NCBI GenBank assembly: GCA_039933075.1
Contig: JBDTOW010000001.1
Span: 1-24,690 of the forward strand
Direction: 5' to 3'
DNA: 24,690 nucleotides
Origin: Verrucomicrobiota bacterium
GTDB lineage: Bacteria > Verrucomicrobiota > Verrucomicrobiia > Limisphaerales > JACPZS01
The position numbers were made by a program, and so were the translations under genes. Shown piece after piece: positions 1 through 8,053 of this stretch (positions within the stretch are counted from its first letter, which is position 1; each line of letters starts with the position of its first letter). The notes beneath the pieces were generated by a model. The model had not been told where the DNA came from and did no database searches. It was given only the letters and a program-made list of their open reading frames with translations.

Positions 1-2
1 GC

Positions 3-734
3 AGGAACAAAAGAGGCGAACTACCAGCGCTCGGTCAGACTGAAAAACTTGAATTGGCTAAACTCTGTCACATGGCGGAGACCCGGTTCGTTGGGCTGAA
101 TTGCGGGCTGCTGGATCATATCTCCTCGCTGTTCGGCAAGGCGCATCATGCGATGGAGATTGACTGCCGATTGCTGACTATTCAACTGGTGCCAATGATC
201 GGGGAGATCGCGATCGTCGTTTGCAATTCCGGTGTTAAACACGAACTGACCGGGAGCGCCTACAATCAGTTGCGCCAAAACTGCGAAGGGGCAGCGCGGA
301 TTCTGGGAGCAAAGTCTTTGCGGTCGGTCGAAGCAAAAGATCTAACTACCAACAAGGCCAGGCTGAGCGAGCGCCAATACCAATGCGCTTACCACGTCGT
401 CGGAGAAATTCAGCGAGTGGTTTTCGGAGAGCGGGCGTTGCGGGATGGAAATTTCGAGCAGTTCGGTCACTATATGTTTCAGAGCCACGAAAGTTCGCGT
501 GATTTTTTCAAAAATAGCTGTCCCGAACTCGACGTGCTCGTCGAGTTGGCGCGCGATCATGCCGCGTGCTTGGGAGCGCGTCTCACGGGGGGCGGCTTCG
601 GCGGCGCGACGATTAACCTTGTTCGCCGCTCAGAGGAGGAGGATTTTATGAAAAGTGTTGCCGAAAAGTACGAGCGAAAGACGGCTCACCGCATTGAGCC
701 GATGCTTTGTCAGATCGTGGACGGAGCAAGCTGA
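3..734 (+). CDS. galK: Galactokinase (GHMP kinase), C-terminal part; 5' end lies outside the window
   Basis: The frame is open from position 3 (RNKRGELPALGQTEKLELAKLCHMAETRFVG...). It carries GalK motifs E..FVGLNCGLLD, SGVKHEL..SAYN..R..CE, SHESSRD.F..SCPELD and GARLTGGGFGG. Confidence 0.9.
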   Translation, partial: RNKRGELPALGQTEKLELAKLCHMAETRFVGLNCGLLDHISSLFGKAHHAMEIDCRLLTIQLVPMIGEIAIVVCNSGVKHELTGSAYNQLRQNCEGAARILGAKSLRSVEAKDLTTNKARLSERQYQCAYHVVGEIQRVVFGERALRDGNFEQFGHYMFQSHESSRDFFKNSCPELDVLVELARDHAACLGARLTGGGFGGATINLVRRSEEEDFMKSVAEKYERKTAHRIEPMLCQIVDGAS

Positions 735-781
735 CTTTCACCATCTCGAGTCGTCTGGCCACTTCAATCAATCGTTGAACC

Positions 782-1696
782 CTAGGCCATCGCTCGCAAC
801 TCCATCCACATGGCAGCACGAAAGGTCGCCTTCGGCTCCAACAGGATAAGTTCGGGATCTTTGATTCGGCTAAAGGAGTTCGGCAGCGCCGTCCACGGTT
901 CAAGACAATAAAATGGCAGTTGAGTCGATTTGGACCAGATCGCCACGAAGCGATGTTTGGACGCCGCTTCAAAGTTTAACACGACTTCCAGCTCGCTGAT
1001 CGGGTCAATCAAAATGAGTTCGTTTTTCTTGAGATCGGTCAAAAAAATCGTCCCTTCAACGTCTTCCTGCACGCTCCAGTTTTGGCCGGCGAACGGTTTC
1101 AACGTGTAACGATCCCATTGACCTTGAGGCGTCGCGCGCCGGGCGTCCGGGATTTCCACAAAGCAGGCGTCGCGTCGACTCTTGTTGCTCAGCGGCACCT
1201 GCAGGTAAGGATGAAAACCGGTGCTGAACGGGAGCATCGAATCGCCGGTGTTTTCGATCACTTGTTCCCAGTGCAGTTTGCCGAGGGAGAGGCGAAAGCT
1301 GAGCCGCTGCCGGAACGCAAATGGATAATTCACCCGAGTCACTTCGTTGTCGATTAGCTCCATGACTACAGACGCGGGTGTTTGCTCAACGATCGTCCAT
1401 TTGGAACGGCGGGCAAATCCGTGCTGCGGCATCTCGTAGAGGTGGTCATTCCACAAGTAATGATGCTCCTTTTCACCGACGTGATTGTTGCTCACGAGCG
1501 GAAAGAGCACGGGAATGCCGGCATACATCTCGCGCGGGTATCGATCAATCACCGCTTGCGAAAAGTGGAGGGCGTCCACCAGACCGTGGTTCGGCATCGG
1601 CCGCGCGTAACGAAGCAGCCAGCCTCCCAGCTCAGGAGCGACGAAAGCGATCGTTCCATCAGCATCCTGAAGCGATACAAAGTTTTTTCCCGCCAT
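782..1696 (-). CDS. Aldose 1-epimerase / galactose mutarotase-like family protein
   Basis: Motifs GIPVLFP, QHGFAR, FSTGFHPY and FYCLEPWT supply the His/His/Glu catalytic set of the mutarotase fold. The start is taken at ATG 1696 (MAGKNF...); the ORF track extends to 1765. It is convergent with galK. Confidence 0.85.
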   Translation of the reverse strand: MAGKNFVSLQDADGTIAFVAPELGGWLLRYARPMPNHGLVDALHFSQAVIDRYPREMYAGIPVLFPLVSNNHVGEKEHHYLWNDHLYEMPQHGFARRSKWTIVEQTPASVVMELIDNEVTRVNYPFAFRQRLSFRLSLGKLHWEQVIENTGDSMLPFSTGFHPYLQVPLSNKSRRDACFVEIPDARRATPQGQWDRYTLKPFAGQNWSVQEDVEGTIFLTDLKKNELILIDPISELEVVLNFEAASKHRFVAIWSKSTQLPFYCLEPWTALPNSFSRIKDPELILLEPKATFRAAMWMELRAMA

Positions 1697-1849
1697 GAGT
1701 CCGCGATCGACGCAAGGTTTAACGTGCAGTTCCAACACCTGCCTGACACCACGAGGTATCAACACCCCACAATTTAGGTCGAAACAATTTCCATGTCACG
1801 CGATAAGGAAGTCCAGGAAGCGCACATTCGAGGCTCATCAATGTTACTT

Positions 1850-4426
1850 CTAAGCTGGTTCATGCGCGGCAGTAAACAAATCCAGTTGAGGCGGCGGGGG
1901 AAGTTGTTTTAGCTTTTCCCGCTCGGCGCGGTGACGCGACTGCATGCGCACATTCCCTTCGGGCGTAAGTTCCGACTCCTCAAGATTACGAAGGATTTCC
2001 TTGGCGCGATCGAGCACCGTCTTCGGCACTCCGGCCAATCGGGCTACTTGGATTCCGTAACTCTTATCGGTCCCGCCTGGAACGATTTTGCGGAGAAAAA
2101 TGATTTGGTCGTTCCACTCACGGACAGCGACGTTGTAATTGCGCAGCCGCGGAAGCCGGCCGGCCAGCTCGGTCAATTCGTGATAATGCGTGGCAAAGAG
2201 TGTCTTCGCTCCGACCACGTTGTGCAAATGTTCGACGATCGACCACGCGAGGCTAAGGCCGTCAAACGTGCTCGTACCACGTCCGATCTCATCGAGAATA
2301 ATCAGGCTCGATTGGGTGGCGTTGTTGAGAATATTCGCGGTCTCGCTCATCTCCACCATAAAAGTCGATTGACCGCGAGCCAGGTCGTCGCTGGCGCCGA
2401 TGCGCGTAAAAATCCGATCCACCAGGTCGATCCTGGCCTGCGTCGCGGGAACAAACGAACCGGTATGCGCCAACAAAGCGAGCAGAGCGACTTGCCGGAT
2501 ATAAGTGCTTTTCCCGGCCATGTTCGGGCCCGTGATCAAAGTAATCTGTTGGGCGTGCGCATCCAGTTGGGTATCGTTGGGAACAAATCGTTCGTCGCCC
2601 ATCGCCTGATCCAGCACCGGATGGCGCCCCTCACGAATATTCAGAACGCAGTCGTTGTCCACCAGCGGGCGACAGTAATTGTAGAGTCTGGCAGTCTCGG
2701 CGAAACCAGCCAGCACATCCAACTGCGCCAGCGCTCGGGCTGTCTGTTGGATTTCTGACAAGCGCGCAATCACTTCCTCGCGGATGCGCAGGAAAATCTC
2801 ATATTCGAGTTTGACGCTTCGTTCTTCTGCGCCCAGGATTTTTCCTTCCATCTCCTTAAGTTCGGGCGTGATGAACCGTTCGCCATTGGCAATGGTTTGT
2901 TTGCGGATGTAGTGGGCCGGAACTTTATCAAGATTGGATTTGGTAATTTCGATGTAATAGCCGAAGACAGAATTAAATCGCACCTTTAAGGATGTGATGC
3001 TGGTTCGTTCAATCTCGTCCCGTTGCAGTTTGGCAATCCAATCCTTGCCTTCACGCGTGGCGCGGCGTAACTCGTCGAGCGCCGTTTCGAATCCGTCGCG
3101 GATCAAGCCGCCTTCTTTGACCGCGAGGGGCGGTTCCTCGGCAATAGATCGAGCGATCAAGTCGATCACCTCAGGAAGCTCGCACAACTGAGAGCCTAAA
3201 TTCTTCAACAAAGTGCAAACGCACCGCGTGTCGCGGGATTCATCCTCAATCAGGGTCGAGGGAACTTTCGTTTCCACGGAATGCACAATCTCCCTCAGCG
3301 TCGGGATTTGCTCCAGCGCGATCCGCAATGCCAGCAGGTCGCGAGCGTTTCCCGAGCCGAAGCTCAATCGACCGATCGTTCTTTCCAAATCGCGAACTTC
3401 CGTGAGAGCTTGTCGAAACTTTTCCAGCGCCGGAGCATTTTCAATCCACGCCTGCACGACGTCCTGGCGCTGGCGAATTGGTTCCTCCGAAGCGAGCGGT
3501 TGGGTGAGCCAGTCGCGCAATCGTCGCGCGCCCATCGGCGTCACGGTGCGATTCAGCACGCCATAGAGCGAAGCGTTACGAGGCGCGTCGTGGTGGAGCG
3601 GTTCGATAATCTCGAGGTTGCGAAGCGAGGTGATGTCGAGCGTGAGAAACTCGGAACTCTGATAGAAGGAGAGATTCGTCAGATGCGTTACGTCTCGCCG
3701 CAAGTGCTGGCTAAGGTAATGCAGCACGCCACCGGCTGCTCCGATGGCCGTGACGCGGTTCTTCAGACCGAAGCCATCCAGCGCGGCGACTTTGAAATGG
3801 TCACGGACAGTAAACTGGGCGGTCTCAGGCGCGAAAACCCAGTTCTCATACTCGCTGCGAATCGCCGGGTTGTTTTGCAGTAACTTGGCCAGGTTGGGCG
3901 ATTCGCTGGGATAAATAATCTCCGCGGGACGCATGCGCTCCAGTTCGGCAAGCAGCGCTGGTTCGCCTTCGACTTCCGTGGTTTTGAAATCCGCCGTGGT
4001 CAGATCCACGAACGCCAGTCCAAAGATCCGCCCCTGCGCGTAGACCGCCGCCAGAAAATTGTTGCGCTCGGCCACGAGTATTCTTTCATCGAAGTGCGTG
4101 CCCGGACTCAGAATCTGCGTGACTTCGCGTTTGACCAACTGGCCGGGACGCGCGTCCTCCATCTGATCGCAGATGGCGACCTTGCGACCGGCCTTCAGCA
4201 AGCGGCCGATGTAAGTATTCGCAGCGTGATAGGGAATGCCGCACATGGGGACGATGCCACGCTTGGTCAGGGCGACGTTGAGCAACTGGGCGCCGATTTG
4301 GGCATCCTCAAAAAACATCTCGTAAAAATCTCCGAGGCGAAACAACAACAACGCGTCGGCTGGCAGCTCGCTTTTGATGCGCCGATACTGCGTCATCATC
4401 GGGGTAAGTTCTGCGTCATTCGCCAT
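1850..4426 (-). CDS. mutS: DNA mismatch repair protein MutS (MutS1), 858 aa, intact
   Basis: N-terminal TPMMTQY, mismatch-binding GDFYEMF, Walker A GPNMAGKST, GQSTFMVEM, Walker B LIILDEIGRGTST, FATHYHEL and SYGIQVARLAG. Confidence 0.99.
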   Translation of the reverse strand: MANDAELTPMMTQYRRIKSELPADALLLFRLGDFYEMFFEDAQIGAQLLNVALTKRGIVPMCGIPYHAANTYIGRLLKAGRKVAICDQMEDARPGQLVKREVTQILSPGTHFDERILVAERNNFLAAVYAQGRIFGLAFVDLTTADFKTTEVEGEPALLAELERMRPAEIIYPSESPNLAKLLQNNPAIRSEYENWVFAPETAQFTVRDHFKVAALDGFGLKNRVTAIGAAGGVLHYLSQHLRRDVTHLTNLSFYQSSEFLTLDITSLRNLEIIEPLHHDAPRNASLYGVLNRTVTPMGARRLRDWLTQPLASEEPIRQRQDVVQAWIENAPALEKFRQALTEVRDLERTIGRLSFGSGNARDLLALRIALEQIPTLREIVHSVETKVPSTLIEDESRDTRCVCTLLKNLGSQLCELPEVIDLIARSIAEEPPLAVKEGGLIRDGFETALDELRRATREGKDWIAKLQRDEIERTSITSLKVRFNSVFGYYIEITKSNLDKVPAHYIRKQTIANGERFITPELKEMEGKILGAEERSVKLEYEIFLRIREEVIARLSEIQQTARALAQLDVLAGFAETARLYNYCRPLVDNDCVLNIREGRHPVLDQAMGDERFVPNDTQLDAHAQQITLITGPNMAGKSTYIRQVALLALLAHTGSFVPATQARIDLVDRIFTRIGASDDLARGQSTFMVEMSETANILNNATQSSLIILDEIGRGTSTFDGLSLAWSIVEHLHNVVGAKTLFATHYHELTELAGRLPRLRNYNVAVREWNDQIIFLRKIVPGGTDKSYGIQVARLAGVPKTVLDRAKEILRNLEESELTPEGNVRMQSRHRAEREKLKQLPPPPQLDLFTAAHEPA

Positions 4427-4560
4427 CGCGCGACGAGTTTTGACTGAATTGACCGAATTAACAGAAGTTTTTTAGCCAAACGATGCGGGCCGGAACTGAG
4501 AAATCTCACCTGGGCAAACGCCCCATAGCGCCGACGCTCTCTCCGGGCTATCTTTACGGC

Positions 4561-5964
4561 TTGAAAAATAAAAGACTCACGGTTTGGAGTAGTTGTCATC
4601 TCGCGCTGGCATTCGCGCTCTTCCTTCCGCGTCTTGTTTATGCCTCAGGCACGGTCACAAACTGTGATTGGCCCAGCCTGCAAACGGCATTGAACGGCGG
4701 CGGCACGGTGACGTTTGCTTGTGACGGCACGATCACGCTCACCAACACGATCACGATCACGATCACGAATGACCTCGTATTGGACGCGACTGGACACAGC
4801 CTGATCATAGACGGGAACAACTCGGTCCGTCTTTTTTACGTGACGAATAGCGCGACCCTCACGCTGATCCATTTGACCCTCGCGAATGGACGTAATGTTG
4901 GTGCGGACGGAATCCCTGCTGACAATGACAGCGGCAACGGTGGCGCTATTTTCCATGCCAGAGGCGTGCTCGATGTCACCGGCGCAGTCTTCGCCTCAAA
5001 TGTCTCGACAGGCGGATACGGCAAGAACCGCCAAGGACAAATAGGGCCGGACGGTAACGCAAATGGAGGCGGCCTTTGTAATCAAGGAGGAACCGCGACT
5101 GTCCGGGGCTGCACCTTTGCCATGAACCGGGCAAGTGGTGGCTTAATTGGCTCCTTCGGGCTCGGTGATGATGCCAGTGGCGGCGCCATTTACAATCGCG
5201 GACTTCTGTGGATTTCTAATTGCAGCTTCGCGGAGGACGTGGCGCATGGCGGAGACCAACCACCCGGTTACGTTGGTGGCTCTGCGTATGGCGGCGGCAT
5301 CTTTAGTTTGAATGGGATTGTCAGTTTGGTCAACGCCACGTTGATGAACAACGACGCCTTCGCCGGTACCGGCACCAATTTTTTTTCAGGATTAGCAGCA
5401 TCAGCTTTGGGTGACGCCATATTTTCAACCGATAAAACGATGGCCCTGACAAACGCGATTGTCGCCGCCAGCCCCGGCGCCGGAACGAATATCGTCGGTG
5501 CAATCATCGACGGCGGTCACAACATCTGCTCGGACAGCAGCGCGAATTTCACCTCCCCCACGAGCCTGCGCAACACCGATCCGCTGCTCGCGCCATTGGC
5601 AGATAACGGTGGGCCGACCCAAACGATAGCTCTGCTGCCCGGCAGTCCGGCAATTGACGCGGGCGACGATTCCGCCTGCCCGCCGACGGATCAACGCGGT
5701 GTCCCGCGGCCCATTGGCGCGCATTGCGACATCGGCGCGTTTGAATTTGTTCCGGCGCCTTTCCTCATCCGCGGACCCACCGGCAATGTGCGCGTTGAAT
5801 ATGTGTTGCAGCCAGAGCGAATCTACAACGTCCAATCGTCCACCACTTTGGTGGAGTGGATAAATATTGAGAACGCGACTACGGCGACCAATGGCGGGTT
5901 CGAGTTTAAGGATCTGAACGCCATTGGTCTCACTCAGCGCTTCTATCGGCTAAGGACACCGTGA
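4561..5964 (+). CDS. Secreted protein with GGAI/GGG.. beta-helix-like repeats, a choice-of-anchor Q-like domain and a C-terminal RFYR domain
   Basis: The likely start is TTG 4561, giving the signal peptide [28 protein letters not shown]|; the track starts at 4483. Repeats GGAIF, GGGLCN, GGAIYN and GGGIFS are followed by [26 protein letters not shown]...[19 protein letters not shown], and the protein ends [10 protein letters not shown]...FKD...RFYRLRTP. Confidence 0.8.
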   Translation: MKNKRLTVWSSCHLALAFALFLPRLVYASGTVTNCDWPSLQTALNGGGTVTFACDGTITLTNTITITITNDLVLDATGHSLIIDGNNSVRLFYVTNSATLTLIHLTLANGRNVGADGIPADNDSGNGGAIFHARGVLDVTGAVFASNVSTGGYGKNRQGQIGPDGNANGGGLCNQGGTATVRGCTFAMNRASGGLIGSFGLGDDASGGAIYNRGLLWISNCSFAEDVAHGGDQPPGYVGGSAYGGGIFSLNGIVSLVNATLMNNDAFAGTGTNFFSGLAASALGDAIFSTDKTMALTNAIVAASPGAGTNIVGAIIDGGHNICSDSSANFTSPTSLRNTDPLLAPLADNGGPTQTIALLPGSPAIDAGDDSACPPTDQRGVPRPIGAHCDIGAFEFVPAPFLIRGPTGNVRVEYVLQPERIYNVQSSTTLVEWINIENATTATNGGFEFKDLNAIGLTQRFYRLRTP

Positions 5965-5991
5965 TGAATGTTTCTCGACCGACGGAAGCAC
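5875..5991 (+). repeat. Diverged direct repeat, copy 1 (3' end of the choice-of-anchor gene plus the following spacer)
   Basis: Hand alignment to 6829-6951 gives anchored blocks of 21/24, 22/28 and 28/32 identical nt. Confidence 0.85.
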
Positions 5992-5995
5992 ACCC

Positions 5996-6793
5996 ATGAA
6001 AAATCCCACCTGCCGGCTGGCCTGCACAATGATCGTGCTGGTGCTGACAACCAGCCGGAGCCTCGCTCAATCGACTTATGAACCTTACGCCTTCACCACC
6101 CTTGCCGGAAACGCCGGATTGGAAGGGCCGGAGAGCTTCGGGCGGTTTAATGTTCCTTCGGGCGTGGCGCTTGACAGCGCCGGTAACTTCTATTTGGCGG
6201 ACAGAGGCAACCACACGATCCGGAAAGTGACACCGGCGGGCGTAGTGACGACGCTGGTCGGACTGGCGGACAGTATCGGCAGCACGGAGGGGACGGGGCG
6301 CGCCCCGCGATTTTATCTTCCTTGCGGCGTGTGTGTGGACAGCGCGGGCAACATTTATGTCGCGGACACCCTCAACGGTACGATCCGTAAAGTGACGCCA
6401 GCGGCAGTGGTAACGACGCTGGCCGGGCTGGCAGGCAGTGATGGTGGCCAGGACGGGACTGGGAGCGCCGCACGGTTTAGTAGTCCTTTCGGCGTGGCAG
6501 TGGACAGCGCGGGCAACCTCTATGTGGCGGACACAGGAAACAACACGATCCGGAAAGGATATTCCGCGGCAGCAACGGGAATTCACTTGTCTGGACCGCG
6601 CCTTGGCTTCGACGGCGGCCACTTCGGCTTCAATCTCACGGGGCCATCAGGGCGATTGGTGGTCGTTGAATCTTCGACTGGTTTGGTGAAATGGCTGCCC
6701 ATCTGGACCAACACCTTTGCCGGTGATCTCATTTTCTGCGACCCGCAGACCGGCGTCTCTGCCACTCGCTTTTACCGCGCTCGCCTGCCGTAG
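5996..6793 (+). CDS. Secreted NHL-repeat protein (three NHL repeats) with a C-terminal RFYR domain
   Basis: Signal peptide ending ...SRSLA|QSTYEP. Three G[VI]xxDSAGNxYxADxxNxTIRK repeats. C-terminus VVESSTGLVKW...FCD...RFYRARLP. Confidence 0.88.
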   Translation: MKNPTCRLACTMIVLVLTTSRSLAQSTYEPYAFTTLAGNAGLEGPESFGRFNVPSGVALDSAGNFYLADRGNHTIRKVTPAGVVTTLVGLADSIGSTEGTGRAPRFYLPCGVCVDSAGNIYVADTLNGTIRKVTPAAVVTTLAGLAGSDGGQDGTGSAARFSSPFGVAVDSAGNLYVADTGNNTIRKGYSAAATGIHLSGPRLGFDGGHFGFNLTGPSGRLVVVESSTGLVKWLPIWTNTFAGDLIFCDPQTGVSATRFYRARLP

Positions 6794-6828
6794 CCGGCGG
6801 CTTGTAGAATTTGAGCCAGCGTTTGAGC

Positions 6829-6951
6829 GCCACCACGGTGACCAATGGCGGGCCGGTTCGAATTCCGAGATCTGAACGCCGTTGATTTCGGTGAGCAGCA
6901 CTTATCGGATAATGACGCCGTGATGGATGTTTCTTTTACCCACTGAAGCAC
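6829..6951 (+). repeat. Diverged direct repeat, copy 2; a frameshifted remnant of an RFYR-domain 3' end (ATTVTNGG / FEFRDLNA / YRIMTP*)
   Basis: Matches 5875-5991 with a 4-nt and a 1-nt insertion. The stop TGA at 6921-6923 is equivalent to the stop at 5962-5964. Confidence 0.85.
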
Positions 6952-7125
6952 GTCAGCGTGTCATACATCTCTTCGTTGCAGTTGGAGTTGGTGGGTGGAA
7001 ATGTTGCAGCGTTTTTTCACCGCGGTTTTTCTCAAACAAAAAACTGGTCAGAAAAAGAATTCTGGTTAAACTCTGCCGACAGAGCAAACAACGCTAACAC
7101 CAAATTGGATCGGAGGTGAACTTCC

Positions 7126-7194
7126 GTGGCCGAAAAAAAGAAAGCAGCAAAGAAACCCGCAATGAAGAAAGCCGCCAAGGGCAAGAAAAAGTAG
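7126..7194 (+). CDS. Small Lys/Ala-rich histone H1-like peptide, 22 aa (MAEKKKAAKKPAMKKAAKGKKK)
   Basis: GTG start at 7126 lies 8 nt after the Shine-Dalgarno GGAGGT (7112-7117); TAG is at 7192-7194. Eleven of 22 residues are Lys. It is below the ORF-track length cutoff. Confidence 0.7.
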   Translation: MAEKKKAAKKPAMKKAAKGKKK

Positions 7195-7218
7195 ACTTCG
7201 TTTTACTTGGCACTCACC

Positions 7219-7265
7219 GCCAGGATAGTAATCCTGGTCCGACAGTTCAGGACTACTATTCTGGC
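7219..7265. other. Long inverted repeat / stem-loop (18-bp arms, 11-nt loop)
   Basis: GCCAGGATAGTAATCCTG (7219-7236) pairs with CAGGACTACTATTCTGGC (7248-7265): 16 Watson-Crick pairs, one G-U pair and one mismatch. The left arm also contains a nested hairpin CCAGGAT-AGTA-ATCCTGG. Confidence 0.7.
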
Positions 7266-7296
7266 TTACTCACGACCGCCTTGATTTGCTTCCGCG

Positions 7297-8013
7297 ATGG
7301 CCACTCTGGTTTTTGACATTGAAACCTCGGCCCTGCCTTTGGAGAACTTTGATGAAGTTCAGCAAGAATACCTTTTTCGTGACGCGGAAAGATTCCCCGA
7401 ACCGACAGCCCGAGATTTGAAGCGGGCGGAGATTCGGCGCCAGTTTAGCCTTTGGCCTTTCACTGCCCACGTCGTTTGCATCGCGATGTTGAATGCCGAC
7501 ACTTCGCGCGGCCAAGTCCTTTTCCTGGCCGATGACTTCGACGACGAAGCCGAAGCCGGTCCGGTTGAATTTGTGTCGTGCGCGGACGAAGTCGAACTTC
7601 TGACTGCCTTCTGGGACGTGGCTAAGCATTACGACAGCATCGTCACGTTCAATGGGCGCGGTTTCGACGTGCCATTTATCTACCTTCGCTCCGCGATCTT
7701 GAACGTCCCAATCAGTCGAAAGGACTGGCTGGGCTATCGTTTTCAAACTGATCCTCACTGCGACTTGGCCGAACAGCTCACCTTCTACGGTGTCAGCGGG
7801 CGCGAAGGGGCCGCACGTCGCTTCAACCTGGATTTTTACTGCAAAGCTTTTCGCATCGAATCTCCCAAAAGCCATGGCGTGACTGGAATGGATGTAAACC
7901 GGCTCTTGGCAGAGGGGAAGCAGCGCGAAATTGCCGAGTACTGTCTTCGCGACGTCCAGGCGACTGTGCTGCTCTACCAGATTTGGAAAGAACGATTGAT
8001 TGGGATAAAGTAA
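7297..8013 (+). CDS. Stand-alone DEDD 3'-5' exonuclease related to the PolB exonuclease domain (RNase H-like fold)
   Basis: Exo I motif LVFDIET, Exo II motif TFNGRGFDVPF and Exo III motif EYCLRDV. Confidence 0.88.
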   Translation: MATLVFDIETSALPLENFDEVQQEYLFRDAERFPEPTARDLKRAEIRRQFSLWPFTAHVVCIAMLNADTSRGQVLFLADDFDDEAEAGPVEFVSCADEVELLTAFWDVAKHYDSIVTFNGRGFDVPFIYLRSAILNVPISRKDWLGYRFQTDPHCDLAEQLTFYGVSGREGAARRFNLDFYCKAFRIESPKSHGVTGMDVNRLLAEGKQREIAEYCLRDVQATVLLYQIWKERLIGIK

Positions 8014-8053
8014 TCGCAGGTCACGAAGCTAACGCTTCTAGACTGGTCGGTTC

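Noticed and set aside
1931-4447. Long plus-strand ORFs (1931-2758, 3281-3883, 4094-4447) opposite mutS
   Set aside because: These are antisense shadows of a highly conserved gene in GC-rich DNA. They show no recognisable motifs, SD sites or signal features.
4427-4560. SOS box upstream of mutS or the exonuclease
   Set aside because: I looked by eye for the TGTTC-N4-GAACA motif that I recall for Verrucomicrobia LexA, and for CTGT-N8-ACAG, and found no match in these intergenic regions.
4747-4768. (ACGATC)x3.7 microsatellite in the choice-of-anchor gene as a phase-variation switch
   Set aside because: The 6-bp unit is in frame (TITITIT beta-strand) and has a low copy number, so slippage would not switch expression.
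6150-6560. Regularly spaced DNA repeats resembling a CRISPR array
   Set aside because: They are codon-level similarity between NHL repeats inside a CDS, with about 165-bp periodicity and degenerate third positions. There are no unique spacers and no cas genes.
5875-6951. Direct repeats flanking one gene interpreted as integron attC sites or IS ends
   Set aside because: There are no RYYYAAC/GTTRRRY core sites, no internal palindrome and no integrase or transposase. The repeat is protein-coding in origin. It is kept as a duplication relic instead.
7116-7316. ORF-track 66-aa ORF (MNFRGRKKESS...)
   Set aside because: Its GTG overlaps the SD sequence itself. The alternative-frame 22-aa ORF at 7126-7194 has correct SD spacing and coherent composition.
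7040-8013. Exonuclease plus HEAT array as an anti-phage defence system
   Set aside because: There are no defence hallmark domains (NTPase, TIR, SIR2, RT, toxin) and no mobile context. The HEAT proteins appear membrane-anchored and exported. There is no positive support from the sequence.
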